11,205 bases of DNA from Promethearchaeia archaeon (GCA_046483985.1 JAWOCD010000105.1:1-11205); one strand, 5' to 3'. Counted from the first letter of the stretch, positions 1 to 7,228 are shown. The notes: generated from the sequence alone by a model not told the origin. Made by a program: numbers and translations.

Positions 1-136
1 CGGATATGAATCCTAATTTTTGAGCCGCATGTAGGATTTTGTCTGGTGGACCATCTGGATATTTAATCTCATTTCCAAAAATCTTCCGTACCGGTATTAA
101 TTCAAATTTTTCCTTTCTATCTGTGGCTTTGCTCAT
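1..136 (-). CDS. Hypothetical protein, 5' end only (runs off left edge)
   Basis: Manual translation from ATG at 136 (-): MSKATDRKEKFELIPVRKIFGNEIKYPDGPPDKILHAAQKLGFIS..., open to the window edge. A TATA-like TTTATAAG lies about 45 nt upstream. Not in the ORF track and no family recognised. Confidence 0.6.
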   Translation of the reverse strand, partial: MSKATDRKEKFELIPVRKIFGNEIKYPDGPPDKILHAAQKLGFIS

Positions 137-180
137 ATTTTACACATAAATTTTTAAAATGTTACGTATTACGCTATTTA

Positions 181-200
181 CTTATAAAGGATCTTCTCTT
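181..200 (-). promoter_or_regulatory. Putative archaeal BRE/TATA promoter of the left-edge gene
   Basis: Minus strand reads AAGAGAAGATCC-TTTATAAG: a purine-rich stretch followed by a TATA box, 45 nt before the ATG at 136. Confidence 0.35.
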
Positions 201-279
201 TTAAGAATTGCCTCAATTAACTAATGATTTATAAAACTTAAAGGATGGAGATCTCTTTTACTTTTTTGATAAAAATAAA

Positions 280-1146
280 TTATAAGGGAAGTTCAATCTC
301 TTCATCCATTTTAGGCATTATCACTCGAATTTCAGGATATTTTTTCTCTATTTTCTCAAAAAAAGGGTCTAAATCCTCCAATCGCGAAATTGGAGGAAAA
401 AAATCATCCCAATGGACGGGCACTATGATCGACGGTTTTAAATGCTCAATCATCTGGCAAGATTTCTCTGCTATATGCTTTGCACTATTTCCTGCAAGTG
501 GGGCAACAAATATATCTGTATCTGTATATTTATCTAATTCTGACTCATATTTATAATAGAGACTGCCAAATCCTACAATTTTTTTCCCTTGATAATTCGT
601 ACAATAACCAAAGACTTCACCCATAGGAAGATCCCTCCCTATGGGGAGTATTTTCCGGAGATTCTTCCAGAACTTCTTCGATTTCAACCGATCCCAAATA
701 GTGTTCAGATCAAATTTCACATGCTCGGATTTTAGTACATCCACAGCCACCTCTTCATTTATCTTTATATGATCTCCAGCTGTTATTGGGTGAATGTTTT
801 GTTTCCCTCTTTCGGTCAGGCTATATGATTCGGCTTGGAGGTTCATCCCATAAGACTCAAAATCAATTATATCTCCCGCACACCATTTGGTCATATTTTC
901 TTTGCCCACTTTTGAGGTATAAACTGGCACATTTTTATTTTCGGCAAACCATGCAGCATCTGTGATATGGTCAAAATGTGCATGCGTCACAAAAATCGCG
1001 TCTATCTTCTCAAGTTCTTCTCTTTTAGTCTTTAATATTGGACGAGAATCTTCATTTCGGAAGAAAAAAGGATCAAAGAGGATACGAGTGCCGTTTAATT
1101 TTAGGATATAGGCTGCAGTGCCCAGCCATTTTAGTTTTATTTGCAT
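280..1146 (-). CDS. MBL-fold metallo-hydrolase (UlaG-like / beta-lactamase superfamily)
   Basis: N-terminal WLGTAAY..ILFDPF, HxHxDH motif (THAHFDH), a later His (SEHV) and C-terminal PVHWDDF. Starts 24 bp after the Rab fusion gene, so probably co-transcribed. Confidence 0.9.
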   Translation of the reverse strand: MQIKLKWLGTAAYILKLNGTRILFDPFFFRNEDSRPILKTKREELEKIDAIFVTHAHFDHITDAAWFAENKNVPVYTSKVGKENMTKWCAGDIIDFESYGMNLQAESYSLTERGKQNIHPITAGDHIKINEEVAVDVLKSEHVKFDLNTIWDRLKSKKFWKNLRKILPIGRDLPMGEVFGYCTNYQGKKIVGFGSLYYKYESELDKYTDTDIFVAPLAGNSAKHIAEKSCQMIEHLKPSIIVPVHWDDFFPPISRLEDLDPFFEKIEKKYPEIRVIMPKMDEEIELPL

Positions 1147-1170
1147 TTCATTGTAATGGAATTCGTTTTT

Positions 1171-2199
1171 CTATTTATTTATCATATAGAGCCGCTTTGC
1201 AATGCTCATGAAAGCCTCATCAATATTATCGCCACGTAACGCGGATGTTTCAAAATAATTAAGATTAAGTCTATTGGCCAACTGGATTGCTTCGGTCTTA
1301 TCCACTTCTCTCTGATCTGTAAGATCTAATTTATTTCCCAAAACATAGCCCACTATTTCCTCCTCATTAGAAAGATTAGCTTTTACATCTTCGTACCATT
1401 TTCGGATATTTTTAAAACTTTCGCGATTAGTTAGATCAAAGACGAGGAATATTCCTTTCGAGCCGGAATAGAAGTCCTTTCTCACGTTATGGAACTTTTC
1501 TTGGCCAGCTACATCCCATATGACAAGCTGAGCAATAACATTATTAAATGTCACCTCTTTCTTTGTGACACTTACTCCTAACGTAGGAAGATATGATCTT
1601 CTAAAAGCTTTATTTGTAAAGTATAAAACGGTGGACGTTTTGCCCACCATTGGGTCACCAATTAAAATTATCTTAAATTGATATGTCGTCTTCTTTTCTT
1701 CTGGAAATACAGTGGTCTCGGCTGGTTCATTATATTCCTCTGAACGTAGTTCATTAAATAACTCATTAATACTATTTATTAAATCTTTGAACACTAAGTT
1801 AATACTTTCGTCTTGAGCCTCTACTTCTTCCAACTTGGTAATTTTTTTAGCTGCTTCATTAAACAAATATTCCAAATCCTTCATATACTTATAGAAAATA
1901 ATATCATACGCTTCATCAAATAAAAGAGTTAATGCAGCATTGCCTACCGAGCCACGCTTCTCTGGATCTTCCCATTGAAGATATTTTATGAGCGCTTTTT
2001 GATTAAGGGAAGGAAAAGGAAGAATAGTAAGAGATTTGGGGATCATGCCTTGCTCCGAAGTTAAGATCGTGATTGTCTTAATAGAAACGTGTAAAACTGT
2101 ATCTTCTTTCAAAGTAGAGGGAATAAAAAGTTTCGGTTCTGGACCGACTTCCTCGTTTAAAATTGTATAAATTAAACCATTAATTATTTTTTCAGACAT
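1171..2199 (-). CDS. Rab-like small GTPase with N-terminal longin/uDENN-like domain
   Basis: aa 173-342 carry G1 GDPMVGKTS, G2 PTLG, G3 WDVAGQE, G4 NKLD, G5 ETSAL and RabF-like segments (QLVIW, FYSGS, LVFDLT). aa 1-155 carry EEVGPEP and DPEKRG, motifs typical of FLCN/SMCR8-type longin domains. AGGGGG lies about 10 nt upstream of the ATG. There is no C-terminal Cys. Confidence 0.9.
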   Translation of the reverse strand: MSEKIINGLIYTILNEEVGPEPKLFIPSTLKEDTVLHVSIKTITILTSEQGMIPKSLTILPFPSLNQKALIKYLQWEDPEKRGSVGNAALTLLFDEAYDIIFYKYMKDLEYLFNEAAKKITKLEEVEAQDESINLVFKDLINSINELFNELRSEEYNEPAETTVFPEEKKTTYQFKIILIGDPMVGKTSTVLYFTNKAFRRSYLPTLGVSVTKKEVTFNNVIAQLVIWDVAGQEKFHNVRKDFYSGSKGIFLVFDLTNRESFKNIRKWYEDVKANLSNEEEIVGYVLGNKLDLTDQREVDKTEAIQLANRLNLNYFETSALRGDNIDEAFMSIAKRLYMINK

Positions 2200-2224
2200 T
2201 ATTTTTGTTCCCCCTATTTATTAT

Positions 2225-2260
2225 ATTGATAGAATCAATTTTAAATATTATGAGTACTCA
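2225..2260. promoter_or_regulatory. Two short palindromes upstream of the Rab fusion gene (possible operators)
   Basis: ATTGAT-aga-ATCAAT at 2225-2239 and the perfect 10-bp palindrome TGAGTACTCA at 2251-2260, flanking an AT-rich TTTAAATATTA tract. Confidence 0.25.
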
Positions 2261-2264
2261 ATGC

Positions 2265-2395
2265 TTGAACTGTTCACGCCTAAAGACGTGAAATACATAT
2301 TCTTTAATACGTGATCATTACATTCGACAATATAGGTTGATTCCCTACCCTTAATTTAGGGTTCTGCTTCTTTGTATTAGTCCGAAGCATTGTAT
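2265..2395 (-). mobile_element. Probable decayed IS200/IS605-family (tnpB-type) right end / omegaRNA-like remnant
   Basis: Minus strand ends ...TTCACGTC-TTTA-GGCGTGAA-CAGTTCAA: a hairpin with a TTTAG-type loop followed by GTTCAA, resembling the subterminal hairpin plus TCAA/TCAC end of IS605-group elements. Further hairpins at 2347-2362 and 2365-2389. No transposase or tnpB ORF is present. Confidence 0.4.
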
Positions 2396-2516
2396 AATTA
2401 TAAGTTAGATATTTCTTTTGCTTTTTTGATAAAATAATAAAATCTTTTTTTCATTCTTTCTTTACAACAATTATCCAAAATTAAATTAGGAAAAAAAGAT
2501 CTTAAAGTGTTAACAA

Positions 2517-5024
2517 ATGGAAATTCTAATAGAAATATTGCTCCGAATTCTTCGATTTTTGTTTTATCCTACCATTGTTGGTGTAGTTATTTGCATGGTC
2601 GGAGTAGTTATTTATTTCCTCCTACCATGGATATTTAGAAAGTTCGTATCTCCTAAACTCAACGCGACATATGAATATGATTCTAACGATTTTAAAGACG
2701 GGAACCCTGTAGTAGAAGAGGAACTGACACCTCAAATAAATAGACCTCGGATTGAGATTAATAAAGAAACTGGAATTTATTCAATTACGTTTGGAGAGGT
2801 TCGCAATTTATTGGAAGGAATCGTAGAGGTACGGTGTAACGGCACAAATTATACTACCCACAAATCATTAGGAAGGAAAAAGAAAGCCTTGAGAATTAGA
2901 GAAGTAAATGAATCGGAGGGCTCTGATAAACTTGGAAAGTTCAAGCAAACTAAAATTCTCTATGATTTAGAGGGAGAAACTCCCGAGATTATCGCACTAA
3001 TAAATGATTATATTAATAAAAATTATATTACCTTTGAATTAAAGTTTCCAGAAAATTTAAAGGGGACAGCCACAGGAGAATTCGAGAAATTGATTACAAA
3101 GTTTCCTTCATTTTTAAATGAAAGCCCCAATATCAATATATTTACCTACAGAGATTCCGTGTTTGCTTATCCAAATGATGAAATAAATTCAAATTTATTT
3201 AATTTCTTCAGTAAGTCGAAGGCCACATCATCTCCAGTGCTATTTTACGATGACGAATTAAATTGTTTTATCGTATCACCTTTAGAGAGATTTCTAAATA
3301 GTGCTATTGCCCAAGAAGGTGAACGAATTAACTGTGGATTTCAAGGAGAGATTCAAAAAATTCCCGAGAATTATACCCAGAAATTTATTCTCATGTTTGG
3401 TAAGGGTATTAATAAACCGATGGAAAAACTCGGCGATATTTTGCTTAAATACCATGATTCCGAACGGAAAAGCTCCTATGCTAACATTGCGGTATCACAT
3501 TTAAGTTATTGGACGGATAACGGCGCATATTATTACTATCGAACAAAAGACGATATGAACTATGAAGAGACTATGGTTCAAATAAAAAACTATTTTGATG
3601 AACAAAATATCCCCCTTCAATCCTATAATTTTGATTCTTGGTGGTATTTAAAATATCAGAGCACATTCAGTAAAGTTCTCTCTACTTTATTGAAACCATT
3701 GTATCGGGTATTAGGAGGAGGACTTTTTGGCAATATTTTGCGATGGGAGACGGATCCAGCTCAGTTTACAACCGATTTGGAGACCTTTCATAAAGAGCGA
3801 TTTCAAAAGCCGATTATCGCCCATTCACGACGGTGGGACGCCCGCTCCCCCTATTTAGATAAGTTCGAGTTTGAAACCGATGGAGATCATGCCGTGCCCC
3901 TTAATTTTAAGTTTTGGGATTGGTTAATGAAGTTTGCAAAAAGAAGTGGAATTGATGTATATGAACAAGATTGGTTGAAAACCCAAGTGAATAGCGTTTC
4001 CGTTTTAAGAGAAGATATCACAGCTGCTGGGACTTGGTTAAAAAATATGGCAGAAGCCGCAAATAAGAACAATGTGGATATTTTTTACTGCATGGAAACG
4101 CCGGGAATGATCCTCTATAGCATAAAGCACCCCAATATCACAATTACTCGCAGTTCTGGAGATTATAACCATAGATGGCCTCCCACTTATCGATATGTGC
4201 ATTGTTCTTTGACAAATATCCTTTTAAATGCAGTAGGCTTGAATTCTCACCAAGATTGTTATAGAACAAAGTATGGACTCTTGAGTGAGCATTATCCCGA
4301 GTTTATGACTATTGTTGAGAATTTGACCGCTGGATTGGTCTGTCCGAGCGATAAAGAAGATGATGTGGATTGGGAATTATTACAAAAAACGTGTCGGCGA
4401 GATGGTTTATTATATAAACCCGATAAGGCAATTACCGCAAATGACTTAATGTTTAAAAAGCACAGGAAATATTATATTTGCGATACTTCTACAGAAAGGA
4501 GAGATATATCTTGGAAATATATCTTAGTTATGAATTTATGGCCGAAACGGGTAAAAGAAACCCATTTCTCACCGAAAGAACTCGGTTATGGAGATGAAGA
4601 GCAAATTCTTTATAACTTTCTAAATGGGCAAGTGTTTAAAGTAAACAAAGATGATAAAATTCCAGTAGGGAGGCTCAATAAATATGAATTCCGCTATTAT
4701 ATAATGGCTCCCCTCACCAATTCAGGAATGGCACTAATTGGATGCCCCGATAAATACGTGACTTGTTCGAAAAAACAATTTCCAGAAGTTAAATGGAATG
4801 AAAACTCTCTGACATTTTCTATTGAGGATCTGAAAGGAGCAGAAACAACCGTTTATGTTTATTCTCCCGTAAAACCCTCTCATATTAGAATCGTCAATGG
4901 AGAGAATTTAGCATCAGAGCAAACAGTAGATACAAGTAGTTACATCGGTGCAACAAAAATCGTGAAACTTAATCTCACTTTTACTGATTCTACTTATAAG
5001 ACAATTAAAATTAAGAAAAAATAA
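2517..5024 (+). CDS. Membrane-anchored glycoside hydrolase, clan GH-D-like (distantly Sip1/raffinose synthase GH36-related)
   Basis: N-terminal TM segment at about aa 14-39. Motif order matches Sip1-type enzymes: YWTDNGAYY, NFDSWWY, GIDVYEQDW (candidate nucleophile D485), FYCM, RSSGDY (candidate acid/base D549), VCPSDK..DWELL...DGLLYKP, LIGCPDKY. Confidence 0.7.
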   Translation: MEILIEILLRILRFLFYPTIVGVVICMVGVVIYFLLPWIFRKFVSPKLNATYEYDSNDFKDGNPVVEEELTPQINRPRIEINKETGIYSITFGEVRNLLEGIVEVRCNGTNYTTHKSLGRKKKALRIREVNESEGSDKLGKFKQTKILYDLEGETPEIIALINDYINKNYITFELKFPENLKGTATGEFEKLITKFPSFLNESPNINIFTYRDSVFAYPNDEINSNLFNFFSKSKATSSPVLFYDDELNCFIVSPLERFLNSAIAQEGERINCGFQGEIQKIPENYTQKFILMFGKGINKPMEKLGDILLKYHDSERKSSYANIAVSHLSYWTDNGAYYYYRTKDDMNYEETMVQIKNYFDEQNIPLQSYNFDSWWYLKYQSTFSKVLSTLLKPLYRVLGGGLFGNILRWETDPAQFTTDLETFHKERFQKPIIAHSRRWDARSPYLDKFEFETDGDHAVPLNFKFWDWLMKFAKRSGIDVYEQDWLKTQVNSVSVLREDITAAGTWLKNMAEAANKNNVDIFYCMETPGMILYSIKHPNITITRSSGDYNHRWPPTYRYVHCSLTNILLNAVGLNSHQDCYRTKYGLLSEHYPEFMTIVENLTAGLVCPSDKEDDVDWELLQKTCRRDGLLYKPDKAITANDLMFKKHRKYYICDTSTERRDISWKYILVMNLWPKRVKETHFSPKELGYGDEEQILYNFLNGQVFKVNKDDKIPVGRLNKYEFRYYIMAPLTNSGMALIGCPDKYVTCSKKQFPEVKWNENSLTFSIEDLKGAETTVYVYSPVKPSHIRIVNGENLASEQTVDTSSYIGATKIVKLNLTFTDSTYKTIKIKKK

Positions 5025-5038
5025 CTTATGGTAAATTA

Positions 5039-5053
5039 TTTTTTTTTTCTTTT
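5039..5053 (+). terminator. Oligo-T archaeal terminator candidate
   Basis: T10-C-T4 run about 15 nt after the hydrolase stop, in the gap between convergent genes. Confidence 0.45.
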
Positions 5054-5108
5054 ATCTGATTTTATAATTATATTTTTGAAAACTCAGACAAAAACTAAAA
5101 TCAAATAA

Positions 5109-6359
5109 CTACACCTTTTTAAGAAGAACAATAAAATTACTGCCTTGCGAATAATCTTCTTTCACACGGTTCTCTACCCTAATTTTCCCGTGGTAAGATT
5201 CAATTATCTTTTTGACCAAGGAAAGCCCAATGCCTAACCCACCCTTTGAATTATCCCTCCTTTCGTCCCGGTTGAAGATAAATTCCTTTAATTGATCTTC
5301 TATACCAATTCCATTGTCAAGAAACTCGATCTTTAGCCAACTATTACCTTCAGAATCTTCCTCAGAAACTTTAATGATTATTTCCTTACTTTTATTTTCA
5401 TTATGTATAATCCCGTTATATATAATATTTTTAAAGGCATCTACCAAAAGCTCTCCACCTAAGACCTTAGTTTCATCTGGAAATGGTATTATCTTGATGT
5501 CAATATTCTCCTTATTTATTCGTTTAGGGAGATTGTCTACTGACTTTACCAATATCTCCTCAAGATCAGTTTCGTGTGGGGTAATATCTTCTTTGGCTAA
5601 TATAGATAATTTTCTCACATTTGAAATTAAATTACTTCCTCTATCGATTTGAGTTTCCACTATCCGGATAAGTTCTTCTCTTTTATACTCTTCGATCGAG
5701 GAATTTTCCCATAATTGTAACAATTCTATTGAGGTCCGGATATTTTGTAAGATATTATTCATATCATGCGCGAATAAATCCTTATAGAATTCTGCTCTGT
5801 TATAGGCGTTCTCATATTTCTTTTGCGACTTTTCTAGCTGGTTCAATACCCTTTTTCTTTCTGTAATATCTTCCACATATTCTATGATTTTAATCACCTC
5901 ACCATTCTCATCTTTCACGGGAAACGAGGTTACTTCTATCCCACCTGTGGATTCATCCTCGGATGGATAGGGAACAATTGCTGTGTGGGTTTTACCATCT
6001 TTTAGTGATTTTTCAGAAGGACACCATTCGCAGACCGTTTTCTTGCCTTGATATACTTCATAACATTTTTTGCCTATGATGCCTTCCCTGTCGGGATACA
6101 TTTCTTCCATCCAAGAATTCACTTTCAAAATTGTAAATTCTTCATCCAAAATGCTGATCCCATCCGTCATTGCATCAAAACAATCTTCAAGTAATTTTAA
6201 CGTGGAAATCCCTTCCCTTGCTTTCAATTGAAATTCCGACTTAAATGTGTTAAGAAACGTCTTTAATTTTTCCTTTTTCGATTTATCAATATCAAATGAT
6301 TGAATTAATTTATATAAATCTTTAAGAGTGTTCAATGGATATCTCCCGTTCAAGAACAA
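5109..6359 (-). CDS. Cytoplasmic PAS-domain sensor histidine kinase
   Basis: PAS domain (DAMTDGISILD...VEDITERK), coiled coil, H-box FAHDMNNILQ, N-box NIIYNGIIH, G1 DNGIGI, G2 GGLGIGLSLV. No TM segment. The TTG start is uncertain. Confidence 0.93.
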   Translation of the reverse strand: MFLNGRYPLNTLKDLYKLIQSFDIDKSKKEKLKTFLNTFKSEFQLKAREGISTLKLLEDCFDAMTDGISILDEEFTILKVNSWMEEMYPDREGIIGKKCYEVYQGKKTVCEWCPSEKSLKDGKTHTAIVPYPSEDESTGGIEVTSFPVKDENGEVIKIIEYVEDITERKRVLNQLEKSQKKYENAYNRAEFYKDLFAHDMNNILQNIRTSIELLQLWENSSIEEYKREELIRIVETQIDRGSNLISNVRKLSILAKEDITPHETDLEEILVKSVDNLPKRINKENIDIKIIPFPDETKVLGGELLVDAFKNIIYNGIIHNENKSKEIIIKVSEEDSEGNSWLKIEFLDNGIGIEDQLKEFIFNRDERRDNSKGGLGIGLSLVKKIIESYHGKIRVENRVKEDYSQGSNFIVLLKKV

Positions 6360-6489
6360 ATTTTAGTATAAAAAGTTATTATTTATTAAAAAAAATTATC
6401 TGATTAAAAAATTGATTCTTAGCTTTTATAGATTTAGTTTGTTTTATAAAAATAAGAATAAAATAGTTTTAATTTAATGGATTTATCTC

Positions 6490-7185
6490 TTATCCTTGTG
6501 CAGGTTGTGACTTCTTCATAATTTCTTCGAGTTTCTGCTTATCTTCATCACTCATGGCTTCCATTGCTTGCATTTGCTGTTTCATTAGTTCTTGCATAAA
6601 ATTATTTGAGATAATTTGATATAATACCGGTAAACCAATTCTTATTCGAGTGAGTTCCTTGTACATTAATTGTGCATTATCCCGCATTTGGATTAATTCT
6701 TCTTTTGTCATCCCCTCTTCTCCGATTCCCGGACATTCCAAATCCACCACGCTAAAATTCTTTCCATCGTACTCTAATGGATATGTTCGGCAACTTAAAG
6801 GTCGGTTTTCATAGACTAAGCATTTTTCTTTTTCTTCGTTATAAAGGGGACATTTTTTATCCAGAAGATCTTCTATGGGTACATTTTCCCCAAAGGGAGG
6901 TTGTGGTTGAGCTTCATCCTTCTCTTGTTTCTCAGAATCAACAGTTGGTTTAATGATGAGATCAAATCCGCCATCGGGTTTTTGATATACGTCAATATAA
7001 GACATAAAATTCGCAATAACGTCATTTCTTGCCCACATCTCTAAATCCCACATTGTCAATGGGATTGGGCCTCGTTCAAGGCAGCAAGAGTCACAACGGG
7101 TACATTTGAACTGAAATTTTGATTTTTTCTTCTTTTTTTTCTCTTTTTCTTGTGTTTCCTTTTTTTTTTCTTCATTTTTAGCCAT
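6490..7185 (-). CDS. YkgJ-family cysteine cluster protein (CxxCxxCC, putative Fe-S/Zn binding)
   Basis: FKCTRCDSCC, CPLY, CLVYENRPLSCRTYP and ECPG motifs. ATG at 7185 is preferred over the TTG at 7200 because an SD-like GAGGCTGA precedes it. Confidence 0.88.
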   Translation of the reverse strand: MAKNEEKKKETQEKEKKKKKKSKFQFKCTRCDSCCLERGPIPLTMWDLEMWARNDVIANFMSYIDVYQKPDGGFDLIIKPTVDSEKQEKDEAQPQPPFGENVPIEDLLDKKCPLYNEEKEKCLVYENRPLSCRTYPLEYDGKNFSVVDLECPGIGEEGMTKEELIQMRDNAQLMYKELTRIRIGLPVLYQIISNNFMQELMKQQMQAMEAMSDEDKQKLEEIMKKSQPAQG

Positions 7186-7228
7186 TTTAATCAGCCTCAA
7201 TGGATTTTGTAGACATTATTTTTATTTC

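Noticed and set aside
245-556. 103-aa + strand ORF
   Set aside because: Antisense shadow of the MBL hydrolase, with Ser/Ile/Phe-rich composition typical of reverse-frame translation.
2259-2392. Intergenic structure considered as tRNA, SECIS or CRISPR repeat
   Set aside because: No cloverleaf or T-loop consensus, no in-frame UGA selenoprotein candidate nearby, and no repeated unit with spacers.
3301-4072. Short ORFs 3301-3504 (+) and 3887-4072 (-)
   Set aside because: Nested within the well-supported glycoside hydrolase; no motifs.
5314-5652. 112-aa + strand ORF with a hydrophobic stretch
   Set aside because: Antisense to the kinase HATPase domain; the hydrophobicity comes from reverse-complemented Lys/Glu/Asn codons.
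6360-6489. Extremely AT-rich spacer with A/T runs
   Set aside because: Consistent with ordinary promoter/terminator sequence in a low-GC archaeon; no specific repeat or structure could be supported.
7186-7200. TTG start for the YkgJ gene
   Set aside because: This stretch contains the SD-like GAGGCTGA, so the ATG at 7185 is the more plausible start.
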